Virus record (IMG/VR): IMGVR_UViG_3300048597_000634
Coordinates: 141,545-205,544 of that record
Strand: one strand, 5' to 3'
Length of the DNA stretch: 64,000 nucleotides
Shown: positions 20,201-32,093 of the stretch, one piece after another
Layout of the letters: each line of letters begins with the position of its first letter
Position numbering within the stretch: the stretch's first letter is position 1
Translations under genes and position numbers: made by a program
Notes under the pieces: model-generated
Told to the model about the DNA's origin: nothing
The model's input: the letters and a program-made list of their open reading frames with translations, nothing else
Database searches by the model: none

Positions 20201-21910
20201 GGTAAATGCTTTAAAGTAGTTGTTCATAATAGAAGGCACCAGCAATGTTCGATGACAGCGGCGTAATAATTGGTTACTGCATCATGGTAATCCGCACAGT
20301 CAATATCGTACTCAGTTTGCCTTAGTTGGCAGAAGACATGGAACCCGGCGCCGGTCAGTACCTTCTCTTCGGGGGAGTCAGTGCGCGGGTCGTATTCCAT
20401 TAAAGGGATGGATATGGTGCGTTTAGTCAGCATTATCGTAGGTGCCTCCCATTTACAGCTATGCTGAACGGCATTAGATTCCTAATGGAATTCTTTACGT
20501 ACACATTATGTTTCTTCTTAATAGCTCTTGTTAGTACACTTGCTATTTTTAAATTAGCGGGCGTATTTATAAGTTGTTTAGTCAGCATCGTCTTTTGGTT
20601 TTGCAAAGTAGTCTTTTATTTGCCGCCCAACGCCGGCGTTCATTAAATATCGGCCTAGTCTTGCGCTTCTAGTTAGCCTTATTTTGACGCAGGGACAACT
20701 ATAAAGTGCTCGCCATAGATGGTCTACAGCACTACGTTTGGGTTTGATTTGTTTAGACAGCAATATCTCTTGTACCTCTATGATAATCGGACAGCAGTCT
20801 TCCGACGTTGGTATTCACTAGGTATAGTCCTAACCTTGTGTCTTTAGTAGAGCTGGGGATTAGATATCTTAGGGGATGAAGTACGTCCCAGAGATAATAT
20901 TGGGCATTAATAGCGCTAGCTGGTGGTTTACCTGGCTTGCTCAGCATTCATTCTCAAGTCATAGTGGTAATTAGCCAAGCAATTCCCTACTCTGGCATTT
21001 GCCGACTGGATATTTCCTACCCACTGTGGCTCATTAAGTAGCATTGGTTTGCTCAGCTCTTGTATAAGTCTAAGGGGGATTATTTTATATTTAGGCTTGA
21101 TGTGCTTGGTTAACATAATTCGTTAGGGGGGCGGCTAAGGCGACTGCGGTAATGGTTTTCTGTTTAGCCGGCGGCCATTCATTAATCCCCACGTCATAAA
21201 CTGATATCATCTGCGGCTCTGGCAGCCTATCTACAAACCAATCCTTGATGGTCTCTTTAAGTATATAGTTCGGCGGGCATTGCCTATAGGAGATTACAGT
21301 AAGGTGGTCTGGTCTAACGCGCCGCCGGCTATCGTATTTAGTGAGCATGGCTAAAGGCTATTGTTGACCACAAGGCATTAAGGTTGGCGTCATCAAAATC
21401 TAAATTATGGTGAGTTCTAATCCATTCCACTTCGTTATAGAAGTCATAAAGCTTGACCTCGGTTTTTATCGTCATAGCTAACCATATGTTGATGATGTCT
21501 CTTTTAGATGCGTAGGGGCGGGCTTTAGACTTGGTTAACATAATCCCCGTCCGCAAGGTTAATTGCTAGTCTAAATAACATTAAATTTGTAATGGCATGC
21601 CTGTTATATTTATTATGCTCACGTTCTAATACTACTGTTAGTGTAGAATTAGTGCGAGTAATATACGGTCTAAGTACATAAGAGCGCACTTTACGTTTAG
21701 TCAACATAATTAGCGGCGGCAATGTTGTAGATAATGAACTGTTTCTAGTGCTAATCTAATCCTGGACTCACGCGCTCTTGGGAATACTCCTATAGGTAGC
21801 GCGGCACGAGCAATGGATTCTTTGAGTAGTGAGTATACAGGGATGCCGCCGTAGATAACGAATAGCTCTAATTGATTGACGTAGGTTCTAGCACTATGTT
21901 TATTCAACAT
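17268..21910 (-). other. M-[LIVF]-[TSN]-K small-ORF array, block 2 (about 20 nearly contiguous members)
   Basis: Head-to-tail 150-260 bp ORFs with overlapping stop/start. Several are below the ORF-track size cutoff (starts near 18674, 19475, 20049, 20588). Confidence 0.8.
19652..19838 (-). pseudogene. MLTK-family member frameshifted by a 4-bp duplication in the motif
   Basis: ATG CTGA CTGA CTAAACAA; removing one CTGA gives an open MLTKQTTQLLLFDTEK...NAQR* of about 60 aa. Confidence 0.6.
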
Positions 21911-22250
21911 TAGAAGGCACCTTAGTGAATTTGGTAGGTCTAGTTAGCTTGTAATCTAGAGTTCGCTCATCAATGAAGTGGCGATGATTAACGTAGCCTT
22001 TCCAGTACTCTTCGACCCGTGCATCAAACTCTACTATGTCGCCTGGCATTAAACATAATGAGTCTAAAGTCTTGCCCACAGTGAACCAAATATGGTCTGT
22101 TACGATTTGACCAGTAGTCATTAATACTACGTCTTTAAGGAGTATTGTCGGCAATGGAGGACCTTTAAATGCCGCCTTCGTACCAAACTTCTCCACTACT
22201 CCTCTGAACCTCAGTCTTTGTCCGTGTAGCTTTTTAAGCTCTTTTCTCAT
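21900..22250 (-). CDS. conserved hypothetical phage protein
   Basis: 116 aa; OB-fold-like composition (TDHIWF...FDARVEEY...DYKL). Confidence 0.6.
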   Translation of the reverse strand: MRKELKKLHGQRLRFRGVVEKFGTKAAFKGPPLPTILLKDVVLMTTGQIVTDHIWFTVGKTLDSLCLMPGDIVEFDARVEEYWKGYVNHRHFIDERTLDYKLTRPTKFTKVPSNVE

Positions 22251-23011
22251 AGCATATCTCCATAGAGTAGTAATGCTGTGGCATATAGCTTATCTATGGC
22301 TCCCACTTGCTCTGCGTAACTTAAGACATTTAACTTTTGATTCTTTGCCCGAGTCACTAAGTCTACGTGATGGCGGTAACGATACTCTTTGTACAAGTTG
22401 GTCCACAGGTAGCGATATTCTTCACCGGTGCGATAAGAATAAGATCGAATTAACTCGTTGATGGCGCTTCTTGTTGATTTTTCTGGCACCACCTCTGTAC
22501 AAGCAGGTAGTGCCTTAAGTTCTGCATCTACGCGGGAGAAGCGGTCTTCAATCTTATCTAACCGTTCATCATGTTTCAGAAGGTGTTGTTGTTGTAGAGC
22601 CATATTCCGCTCAAGGTCTACTGTCAGTTGAACGGAGGCTAAAAGTTGTTCCGCCAGTGTCATCTGTTTAATAGACACTGTGCCTTTGGTAAGCAATTCT
22701 TCTACCCAGCCATCTACCTGTACAGCTAACTCAGGAGAGCACCACTGAGCAAATCGGATACAGGCCCGGCGATGCGCCCATGTACCACGTTCCTCATTAG
22801 TCCCTCCAGATTCATTAACCTGGATTATTTGGTCTACCGGAATTCCGATAGACTCCTCTAACGCTTGTAGATATTGGTTCGTAGTTTTATTTGCTAGCCA
22901 ATGTCCCACTGACTTGCCAGTAGCGTGAGCCATATCTGTTAGGCTGCCGTACTGGTCTTTCTCCCTCCAACGGATAGATTTGTTATTCCATATCTTGATG
23001 ATGTTCGACAT
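22247..23011 (-). CDS. KilA-N domain DNA-binding protein
   Basis: LTDMAHATGK...WL...T..Y...GTWAH...FAQWCSPELAVQV. Confidence 0.85.
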   Translation of the reverse strand: MSNIIKIWNNKSIRWREKDQYGSLTDMAHATGKSVGHWLANKTTNQYLQALEESIGIPVDQIIQVNESGGTNEERGTWAHRRACIRFAQWCSPELAVQVDGWVEELLTKGTVSIKQMTLAEQLLASVQLTVDLERNMALQQQHLLKHDERLDKIEDRFSRVDAELKALPACTEVVPEKSTRSAINELIRSYSYRTGEEYRYLWTNLYKEYRYRHHVDLVTRAKNQKLNVLSYAEQVGAIDKLYATALLLYGDML

Positions 23012-23013
23012 CT

Positions 23014-23442
23014 CTAGTCCTCTAGATAATATAAACGGACGGCGACCCCATATAGCTTATCAATCACACCTAGTTCTTCAGCGTAATCCACGACTCTTTT
23101 CTTTGATTTCTTTGCTCTAGCTATGAGGTCGACGTTATAACGGCGGTGGTACTCCTTAAATAAGTTTTCCCATAGATAGTCAAAGCCCTCGCCGGTACGG
23201 TACGCGTAATCTTGGATTAACTCGTTGAGGCTACTACGAACAGACTTCTCAGGTATATCCAAGTCAATAACTTGTAGTTGCTTTTCTAACCTCGTTAAAC
23301 GAGCATTATGGTGCTGCAGTAGGTTATGGTGCTGGGCCAACTTCTGTTCATGCCCTACTGCTAGCTGAGCTATAGCCAGTAATTGCTCGGCGGTGGTTCG
23401 AGGTTTAGATTCAGTAGAATATACTTCTTCAAAGTTAGTCAT
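23014..23442 (-). CDS. protein with only the C-terminal domain shared with the KilA-N and BRO-N proteins
   Basis: PEKSVRSSLNELIQDYAYRTGE...LFKEY...VDL.ARAK...YAE..G.IDKLY is shared with the ORFs at 22247 and 53315. Confidence 0.7.
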   Translation of the reverse strand: MTNFEEVYSTESKPRTTAEQLLAIAQLAVGHEQKLAQHHNLLQHHNARLTRLEKQLQVIDLDIPEKSVRSSLNELIQDYAYRTGEGFDYLWENLFKEYHRRYNVDLIARAKKSKKRVVDYAEELGVIDKLYGVAVRLYYLED

Positions 23443-23585
23443 GATAGTAATTGTTAGTAAACAAAAGGCCCCCGCTGACTAGAGTCAACAAGGGCTTGGT
23501 AACCGTAAAAACAGAAAAGTTGCTGGGTGCCCCTATATGGCCCGGCACTGCCCTTCAGGCACAAAAGGGAGGCCGTCGTGATTAA

Positions 23586-23903
23586 TTAGTCAACACAAAC
23601 ATAGTCATCACGGACGAACCCGCGCTGCCCGTTACCGGTGTAAACTTCATCCCAATACCAACCTTGGCTGGGGATAAACGCCCGTACAACGGTTAGTCGT
23701 TCACCGTGGCGTAGTTGTCGCACTGTTCGATGATTGGTGCCAGGGCCAGCTCGTAAGTTTAATGTGGTGCGCGTGTCATTAAGGCATACATAGCCGTTAA
23801 AGCCTGGGTCGGGATTGTTAAAACTGGCAGGGCGACCGATAAAGCCGGGGCCTGGGTTAGCTTGAGACAGTAATAAGGCGGCGGAAAGGATAGTTTCGAA
23901 CAT
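23586..23903 (-). CDS. exported bacterial SH3-domain protein
   Basis: Signal-like N-terminus; LNLRAGPGTNH...L..G......W......GFVRDDYV. Confidence 0.75.
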   Translation of the reverse strand: MFETILSAALLLSQANPGPGFIGRPASFNNPDPGFNGYVCLNDTRTTLNLRAGPGTNHRTVRQLRHGERLTVVRAFIPSQGWYWDEVYTGNGQRGFVRDDYVCVD

Positions 23904-23924
23904 GTTATTTAGGGGGATGGGTGA

Positions 23925-24533
23925 TTAGTTATCAAGCGTTAGGTGCTCAGTTAATATCGGCGTAATAGCTTCTATTAGTGAATCGACTTCTCTGGTTGTG
24001 TAGAGTCTTACTCGTTTAGTGCCACGAAATCTAGTGTCTATATCTACTGGAATAACCTGCCTGTTTGTCGTGTAAGTGGAGAGTAAGTCCTTTAGCTGAG
24101 ACTGTGTCAGCCTGGCAGATTCTTCCACGTATTGGTTATAACTAGAGCCTACCCAATAGTATTCTTCCGAGTCACTTACTTTGGGCGCTCTTTTGAACAA
24201 GCAACCGAAGACGGCCTCCTTAAAGCTTACGTTGAGGTACTTAACTCTGTCATTTGAGTTGTAGTAACATAAACTGCCGCTGCTGTAACTAGGTTTGAAA
24301 GCATAGTAGTTTTTCTGTCTATACGCAGTTAAGGGTAGGTCTAAGTCCATGACTTTTTTCTCGAAGTAGTCCTGAAAACTACATAACCCTACACTAGGTA
24401 TAGTTTTGTTATGTGTAAGGTTTGTCAGTAAGGTGATTAAGTCCAGCTGCTCGTCAACAGCTATCTCTATTTTTTTCGCTTTACCTTCTACGACTAAATT
24501 TATGGACCCTATAGGTAAAACAATCTTGGACAT
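23925..24533 (-). CDS. hypothetical protein
   Basis: 202-aa ORF. Confidence 0.6.
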   Translation of the reverse strand: MSKIVLPIGSINLVVEGKAKKIEIAVDEQLDLITLLTNLTHNKTIPSVGLCSFQDYFEKKVMDLDLPLTAYRQKNYYAFKPSYSSGSLCYYNSNDRVKYLNVSFKEAVFGCLFKRAPKVSDSEEYYWVGSSYNQYVEESARLTQSQLKDLLSTYTTNRQVIPVDIDTRFRGTKRVRLYTTREVDSLIEAITPILTEHLTLDN

Positions 24534-25126
24534 TAGATAGAAACGTTTAGGTAATGGGGTTTATGGATACGGACAAAAGCTAACACTACATCCAAGTCTT
24601 GTTTGTTGGTGGTAGCAATACAACCCTCAGTGCCGTCTTCTTTAGGATTACGCTCAAAGGATGGGTCATAGTGTATGCCTAAGGCAAACCGACCGGTGTT
24701 GAATTGGGGGTTGATTGGTAAGAAACGCCCGCCCACTTCAGCACTACTACCTGCTACCCATTGCCGGGAGACGGTGTACTTGCCGTTTGGTAACGGAGCT
24801 TCGGTACCACTTTGGTTTCGGTTACGGGATTGGGTATGGGCGCGCCCAGATACTGTTAATACCGACGCTATTAGCTTACCATCGGCGAACATCTGCAATT
24901 CGTATAATGGGTTGCCAAAGCGGTTAGTTATGGTAGTGGGGCGCATGACCATGAAGTTGTAGTTTGGGATAGTGGCGGCGGCGGGTTCGGGCGGTGGAAT
25001 TACCTCAATAGGTACAGCTTGTGAAGTGTTAGGTAATTCACTGAGGATGGGTCGGATGGGGGTACCGTTGCCGCAACTTGATAGTAGTGAGCAGAGGGAT
25101 AAGGCGGTTAGGAGTTTGATAGACAT
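24533..25126 (-). CDS. lipoprotein with L,D-transpeptidase (YkuD)-like domain
   Basis: Lipobox-like LLSSC; PLPNGKY...LGIHYD...GTEGCI. Confidence 0.7.
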   Translation of the reverse strand: MSIKLLTALSLCSLLSSCGNGTPIRPILSELPNTSQAVPIEVIPPPEPAAATIPNYNFMVMRPTTITNRFGNPLYELQMFADGKLIASVLTVSGRAHTQSRNRNQSGTEAPLPNGKYTVSRQWVAGSSAEVGGRFLPINPQFNTGRFALGIHYDPSFERNPKEDGTEGCIATTNKQDLDVVLAFVRIHKPHYLNVSI

Positions 25127-25352
25127 TGGTGTATTTCTCTAGATATTAATAAGTGCCAATCTAAGGCAGTTATGCTCACGTTAATCAGTCTTATCGGTAT
25201 ATACAGAGAGTGACGGGACTCCACTACTATCCTTATATGCTTACCTAGACTGCTTACTTTGTGGACCTGGCGCTGCGTGTTTTGTTTACTTAACATGATT
25301 TTGAAAGAATAAAGCCCCCGCTTTAATCGAGGGCTAGGCTTAGCAGTAGCTA

Positions 25353-26423
25353 TTAAGTCCGTAACACAGGATAAATAGACGAAGGACGGAAGCTGCAACC
25401 TTCTAACGCCTCGCCGGGGCTAGCCAAGTATTCTTGAGCCTCTTCACAATTACGGCAACCAGGGTCCACTTCTAAGGCATAGGGGCGCCCGGTGCTGGGG
25501 TCATAGGTGAACAATACCTTCATATCTTCCAACGCCATTAAAGACTCCATCCACATAGAGTTAGTATTCGGCAACTGAATGGTCTTAACATCCAGTACTT
25601 CGGCGTTCATCTCAGTGCAATAGCGGTCCCAACCATAGCCGGTGATCCGCAGGCGTTTAACCTCTTGGTCTTCTTCCTTATTGATCTGCTCCAGAGTTTG
25701 GGTCTCAGGACGCATGACGATTTGTTCGTCTACAATGACGCCGCCGATAGCCCACACTGCAAATCCATCGGGGTAGAGAATAGCCGGGCCCTCAGGGTTA
25801 TTAAGGCACTCATTTTCTGCGTCCCAATGCACTTCCACGGGGTTCTCAGACACAATGGCCACGCCGTCGTAGACAATGGCACAGCTAATCATCTGACCGA
25901 AGTCCCGTAGGAGCTCTACGGATTCCATATCTACTTCGATATCGTGGGCGATGCAAGCCTCTGCGTAGGCTAAGGAACCTTGGAGCCAATAGGAGTAGAG
26001 GAAGTCAGAGCTGAGGTAATAGCGGAGGTTATCTACGTCTGATTTGTATTGCTCTAGGGTTTCGGTTACTAGTGTGTCGATGGTAGCCAGGTCGTCTACT
26101 AAGGGTTGCTCGCCGGTTACTTTGTAGTGAACGTATTCATCAGTGCGTTGGGTGCTGACGCCGGCCTTTTGTTCAATGGTTTGCCATTGTTCGGGGGTGA
26201 TAAAGCCCAAGGAGTTTAGTTTGAGGGCTTTATTAGTCATATCGGCGGGGCTATCGGCGAAGATAACTTCAGGCTTGTCGAGGTTAGCCATGGAGTAGAC
26301 TTTGCAGAGGGCGTTGGTGAAGCGGGGGCGGTCAATGGGTCCTTTAAGGATAGTAGCGTTAGCCCGCATATGGGCTTCGAGTTTCTGCAGAGTGGCTTCG
26401 TCGAGTTGCTTATTGTTAGACAT
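25353..26423 (-). CDS. DUF6745-like protein
   Basis: VYSMANL..P.VIFADSP, and LNNPEGPAILYPDGFAVWAIGGV...E...EVKR...GWDRY. Confidence 0.6.
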   Translation of the reverse strand: MSNNKQLDEATLQKLEAHMRANATILKGPIDRPRFTNALCKVYSMANLDKPEVIFADSPADMTNKALKLNSLGFITPEQWQTIEQKAGVSTQRTDEYVHYKVTGEQPLVDDLATIDTLVTETLEQYKSDVDNLRYYLSSDFLYSYWLQGSLAYAEACIAHDIEVDMESVELLRDFGQMISCAIVYDGVAIVSENPVEVHWDAENECLNNPEGPAILYPDGFAVWAIGGVIVDEQIVMRPETQTLEQINKEEDQEVKRLRITGYGWDRYCTEMNAEVLDVKTIQLPNTNSMWMESLMALEDMKVLFTYDPSTGRPYALEVDPGCRNCEEAQEYLASPGEALEGCSFRPSSIYPVLRT

Positions 26424-26487
26424 AAGTTATGAATGATGGTTGATTAATTAGATGGAGGGTAATTAGCGCGGTTAGTCGTCTTTTTAT

Positions 26488-26883
26488 TTAGCGGAGCATA
26501 GAGTAGTTTGACTTAATATACTTCCTACGCTGAGGTTCGTCCCGATAATCTGCTGCATGTACACGGTCGAAGAAGTATAACTCAGGCTCACCTGGGATTG
26601 TGTAGAGTTCTGTATGGGCGCCGGCGTTATCAAACACTTCTAAGTTAGTTACCACTTGATGGTCGATTTCAGTAATAGGCTCACCATCGGGGTAGTGTAA
26701 TTGCTTGAGTAGGTTGGTGGTGTGATACTCACGGAACTTGGGGTGGTTATAGATCCATAGTTCGGAGCCATGGGCGCGCCACTCTTGGGGCATTAGTTTT
26801 GACTCAACGAAGGTAAGTAGTAGGTACTCAGTGATATCGTCGTTGAGTTTAGAGATGGTTACTAAGTTAATAGGGGGTTGCAT
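26488..26883 (-). CDS. hypothetical protein
   Basis: 131-aa ORF. Confidence 0.6.
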   Translation of the reverse strand: MQPPINLVTISKLNDDITEYLLLTFVESKLMPQEWRAHGSELWIYNHPKFREYHTTNLLKQLHYPDGEPITEIDHQVVTNLEVFDNAGAHTELYTIPGEPELYFFDRVHAADYRDEPQRRKYIKSNYSMLR

Positions 26884-26906
26884 GGGGGGTTTAGTATCCT
26901 TTTTGT

Positions 26907-28881
26907 TTAGCGGTGGTTATGCACCCTGACCGCGCGGTACATGATGTCCCAGCACGATTCTAAGCGGTCGTAGTAGGACTTAATGCTATCAAAGACCGGC
27001 GCCTCAATGTAGTTAAGGTTATATGGTCGGCAGACGCGTAAGATGTTGGCTATTACCTTGGTAGTAAGCGTTTGGTTACTGGCTAATGGCATATACCACG
27101 CGTCTATAGACTGTACCGCTTTGTAGTTGTCGGCTTGGTTAATGGCGGCGGCTTTGGTAATCATTTCTGCTCTGGGAAATAGGCATAAGCTTTGTACATA
27201 GAGTAAGGATAGTAATCGTTAATACCCTGACGAGTGTTGAGCTTTTTGAGTTTAAGCATCACTAAAACCCGGACTAAGTCTACCTCGCATCTATGTTTAA
27301 TTCTGGTGGTTTTGGTGATCATTCGTAGCTAAGGGGGCTTTGGCACATGCTTGGCACATGCTTGGCGCATGCTCTGTACCAAAAGTGAAAGTCAATAAAG
27401 AGGTCGTAGAGTCTTCTATTCCACTGAGGTTTACTATCTTCGACCTTTATCCTAACTGCAAGTAGTGTATTTTCTAACTCTTCGTTTGATTTAGTAAACT
27501 TACTGATGTTTTTGTAGAGCATGATTAAGCAGGGCTATGCGAGTTCCACGTAATAAATTGGCTACTTCTTTGACTTTAATGATTCTGTGCCCTTTATGTA
27601 AAATCATGATGCGTAGGTCGTTTTCTATGCGGTCACTGACCTCATCAAATACAAAGATGCTCCTGTAATTACTGTGTATGTTAAAGGCTATGGTTTTAGT
27701 AATCATTCGTCATTAGGGGCGTTTGCTGCACGTCTATACCTCATATATGTTTTTCTGAGCTCTTCAATAGTTCTAGCCCATGGTGGACTACTTTTTGTAG
27801 ATACCCTCCTACAATTAAGTAGCACTAGCTCCAAGTCTACGGTTAATTTAGTAAATTGACTAATGTCTTTCGCTAACATGTCGGTAATATAGGTGCTTGT
27901 AGTCTACGAAGGGTGCTACGCCAAACCATAGTCCTGCGGGCCTTACATATTCAAGGCGCCGCAAGACTCTAGATACGTAGAGCTGTATATGCCTCTCTTT
28001 TGTAGTGTGTTTAGTTAACATTTCTAAACATCCTAAGCAAGATCGCGCAAGTACCCATTAGCAAGTTAGGTATTTCCTTAACCTTTATGGTGGTGTGTAC
28101 CTTAGACATGGTCATGAATCGCAGGTAATTCTCAATGAGGTTCCAGACGTTACGAAAGGGTGGGTAAATGTCGCCATACCTGGTTTGTTGGTTGAGAAGG
28201 GTTGATTTAGTCAGCATCGCTGCCGCTCCACGCTACTCGTTCTAACAATAGCCGTTCTAAGTCGTTATGGGTTTGTGACCAATCCATTTTATATTCTACG
28301 GAGTCGGCGTGCTCCTCCCATTGCTCTTTGGTCAAGGAGTCAGAGAATGCATCGTATTCCCACCAGGCGGCGATGATTTCATCTTCAGGGTCGAGTTGTG
28401 ACAATGCTTGGATAGCTTCTTGTACGGTCATAGGTGCAAGTTCCTCTTAACGATGGGGGTTGTTGTGCATAGTGGCGCGGTCAGATAGGCTTTGGTGTTT
28501 AAGTAAGCATTACATGCGACTAAGGCCGCGGCCCTAGCACAATCAGAGTGCCGGCAGTAGTAATATTGAAAGCTGGTAGTTGATGTAGTTTCTGCTTTGT
28601 TAAATAGTCTAGCCTGCCTTATTCGGGTATGGACTGTGTTACAAAGTGCCCGGGCAATGATGTCATTTCGTCCGGTTTGTGTTTGGTATTTGAGCATGGT
28701 TAAAGATTAGTTTGTGCCGTATTGGGGTTTTAGCACACGCGATATGTGGTAAGTCGTAATGCTTGTGTAGAAACATCACTAATCTGGGACGCCCAATTAC
28801 TCTGGTATGTCGTTCGAGTATTATGCTAAGCTTCCCGGCAGTGTCCTGCTTCTCTACATGTTTGCCTTTATGTTTAATCAT
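26907..28881 (-). other. M-[LIVF]-[TSN]-K small-ORF array, block 3
   Basis: Starts at 27164, 27322, 27522, 27706, about 27879, 28021 and 28217, plus variants at 28697 and 28881. Confidence 0.7.
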
Positions 28882-28929
28882 ATTTACTAAACGCCCCGGC
28901 TAATTATTAACCGGGGCTCCTATTGTTTA

Positions 28930-29766
28930 TTAGTTAGGGCTAAGTGCTATCTCGGCCAGAATAAGTTCTTCTTTGAGCCTTGCTATTTCGCGGTCTTGCT
29001 GCATTATCTTCTTACTTTGCGAATCCACTAATGCTCGTAATCCCATCAACTCAGCTTGCATCTCTTTCTTAGATGGACCAGCGGCGCGGCTATTACCTTC
29101 TACCTCTGCCCAATACATATCCAACGTTAGAGTATCAGGGTCAAACCCGTCGGTCACCTTAGTTTTAAACCAGCGGATAATCTTTAAGGTACGACTTACA
29201 GCAATACTTTTCCTCGTTATCTTTTGGACGTCATCATCTTGTAGTCTTAATTTAATGACTATATCCCAGTTCTCAGCTAAGTAGATATAGTCATATGCGG
29301 TACCTTTAGCCCAACCGCTCTTCTTTAGATAATCTTCCCATCCAGTATAAGTTCCCATTTCTGTAGTTATAGGAACTTGATTTGTCGCCTTCCTATACAT
29401 CTTCCGTAGTTCTATAAGATTAAGACCTGTGTTCCTATGATGCAGAAGCCATTTTGACTTTGTAGTGCAGGGCTTGTATTTTAGGTACAATGGGTGCAGA
29501 TTTGAGTCATCTAGCTCGTTGTACGTGGTGTTTAGTACCGGATTGAGTTTTCTTACTAACTGGAATTCTAAAAGATCTAGGCTATCTATTTCTGCTAGTT
29601 GATAATGTATAGCGTAGTCTATACCCTCACTTGACAAGAATCGTCTCACTTCATGGCTTCTCAGTCTACTGTGTAGGCTCTTAGCTTTCCCTACATAAAG
29701 CACCTCTTTATTTTGTGTATTTACTAAGTAGTAGACCCCAGACTTATTCGGAATATCACTTAACAT
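28930..29766 (-). CDS. GIY-YIG nuclease domain fused to paralog family A domain
   Basis: IPNKSGVYYL...LYVGKAKSLHSRL.SH...E...NP.LN, followed by the family A motifs. Confidence 0.75.
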   Translation of the reverse strand: MLSDIPNKSGVYYLVNTQNKEVLYVGKAKSLHSRLRSHEVRRFLSSEGIDYAIHYQLAEIDSLDLLEFQLVRKLNPVLNTTYNELDDSNLHPLYLKYKPCTTKSKWLLHHRNTGLNLIELRKMYRKATNQVPITTEMGTYTGWEDYLKKSGWAKGTAYDYIYLAENWDIVIKLRLQDDDVQKITRKSIAVSRTLKIIRWFKTKVTDGFDPDTLTLDMYWAEVEGNSRAAGPSKKEMQAELMGLRALVDSQSKKIMQQDREIARLKEELILAEIALSPN

Positions 29767-30082
29767 AGATAACAGTTTGTAGTAGTGAAATAAGCTTTAA
29801 CTAGCACTGGTTCTTTGCATTATACATTACTTTTGAACTAACTAGGTTTAGGCACTTCTATATCAACCTTTCTTATAATGGTTCTGATAATAATCCTGCA
29901 ACAAAGCGATTAAAGATTGTATGACGGCGGGCTCTGCAGGAATATCGGTTCTGGGGTCTGATTCACCGTCTAAGTACGCTTCAAGGCAGTGAGTCTCTTC
30001 GTTGTAGTTGATATGAGTGAAGTATAGAGGTTCAGTGTTGTAGTCGGAGGGAGTTTCCATAAGGGTAGCTGATGGGCGGCGC

Positions 30083-32093
30083 TTAGACAAGTCTTAGGTC
30101 ACCATTCCTAAGTAGTTTTAGTTGGTTAACGCAATGGCTCTTTATTGTCTGATGCACCAGGATTATTTTTATACCTTCGGCACAGGCTAATATCGTTAAC
30201 AGCTCGACGATGTGGCTTTCTACCTCCTGGGTAATTAGGCGGCACCTAGTCAATTCTTTGGTAAGCATATTGCACATATAACACGATTAGGTTGCGGTTT
30301 TGTCCAAAGCAACTGAAGCCGTACTCAAGGTAGACTCTCATAGCGCGGTTGATTATTACATTGTGGGCGCCGCGCATTATGGGAGTAATGTCGTTATCTA
30401 TAAGGACACCGCCTATATCCCATTCAGTGTCGCTGATAGTTAGCGCTAAGCATGAGGATTTAGTAATCATTACTGGTCTAACTGTACACCACCCACCAGC
30501 CTTTGCTGACTAACCCGGAGTCTAAAGCCTTGGCGCCGGCGATGGTAGGACTAACAACACCTTCAGCGTAGTAAAAAACGCCATCTACGTCGTCATGACA
30601 GCTACCGTCGGCTTCACTGTCGTGATAGTCGATTAATATATTAAGGTTAGTGACCTCAGAGAATTCTGTTTGAACGGACTTCCATAAATCTTCTAGTTCT
30701 TCATAGGGCTCCCCACACTCTAACCAGTCTTGTAAATCTATCAGGCTATATAGTTCTAGCTGTTCTTGAAACGCAGCCCAGCTTGGTAAGTTTAGTTCTT
30801 TAAGTTTGTCTTCGTTAATGATGTATGCGCTGCACGCGCCATATCCCATACTCATAGTGTTTAATTCCTAGTTGTGCTGTTGTCTAAAGTAAGACGGCGT
30901 AAGCCTCTTAATCTACTTTTTAGCGAAGAGTTCCAATCTGCCTCTTGTTGAGCCTTTATTTTCTCTAAGTTAGATTCTCTTAGCCGGGCTATTGTGGGTT
31001 GGAGGTACTTATTTAGATCGTCTAATACTTCTGTGATTATACGTTTTAAGTCTTGTGGCCGTCTCACGCTGATAATATCAAAGTCTTGCTTGTATTTGTC
31101 TAGGCCTGGGCTACCCCAACAGATACTCACTTCACCAAAGTATGACTTCTTCCTTACATATAAGAAGGATACTAACTCTTTTGGGTCGCAGCATAGCTCT
31201 TTTGATAGCTTGTCAGTTACTAACTCTATTGATTTAAATAGCACGTCTTCTTCAAACGGTCTTATTTGTGGGTTATTGTTATTATTATGCATAGGTAGTC
31301 TCTGGTGGTTATTTCCTGTAGTAACTTAACTGGTCTTTCTATCTTAGAGGCTATATAGTCGTAGTAAGGCAGTAATACGCTACGTTTAAGTGTGCATAGT
31401 TCTGAGCCTATTCGACCATAAGTAAAATCGAGGTTAGGTTTGGCACTTAAGTTAGCCTTAGTCAACATGATAGGTCGGCTCGTAATCTTTGAGTCTGAGT
31501 AGTGTTGTTTAGTCAGCATACTGCTTGAATTGACATTATTGGTTCTTCTATCCTATATACGTTGTCTGATACGTGATTCAGGTCTCCATTTTTAAACTTT
31601 AAAGCTAAGAGTGGTACGTCTAGTTTGTCTAAGGCGCTATAGCTATGAAATATTGGGTTTAGGTGGAGGTCGTATCTAACCTTTAAGTTGTCTTTAGTTA
31701 ACATATTAGTAGCTAGACTTAACTTTATATTGGACTACTCTAAACGGCCCTTCTACTGTGGTTAGAGCGTCGTTAACATGTACCAATCGACCATTACAGA
31801 GCTCTAAGGCTCTTAACTGCTCTCTAATGACTAAGCAGCTGTCGTGTCTAGCTATGAAGACTGATTTAACTTTTAGTTTAGTTAGCATTAAGGGTCGGTT
31901 TGATAACTGCGTTTACTATCCTAAAGGGTTCTTCTAATTCAAGCCTGACATGGTTTATGCATATATGGACTTTATGTCTAGACCTAATGATGTCTAGTTG
32001 ACATACTAGGTCTGCTATTGTGTCCGGTCTAGGATAGAAGTTTGGATGGAAGCTGAAGTTATACCTGACCTTTAGGTTACTTTTACTCAACAT
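30083..32093 (-). other. M-[LIVF]-[TSN]-K small-ORF array, block 4 (interrupted by two larger genes)
   Basis: Starts near 30268, 30470, 31468/31519, 31704, 31888 and 32093. Confidence 0.7.
30861..31292 (-). CDS. hypothetical protein, paralog of 42132-42545
   Basis: Shared PF.ED.L.KS...LCC.P.ELV.FL...W.SPGL...YLQPT.A.L...NLEKI.A..EA.WN.SLK.RLR.LRRL.L. Confidence 0.7.
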   Translation of the reverse strand: MHNNNNNPQIRPFEEDVLFKSIELVTDKLSKELCCDPKELVSFLYVRKKSYFGEVSICWGSPGLDKYKQDFDIISVRRPQDLKRIITEVLDDLNKYLQPTIARLRESNLEKIKAQQEADWNSSLKSRLRGLRRLTLDNSTTRN

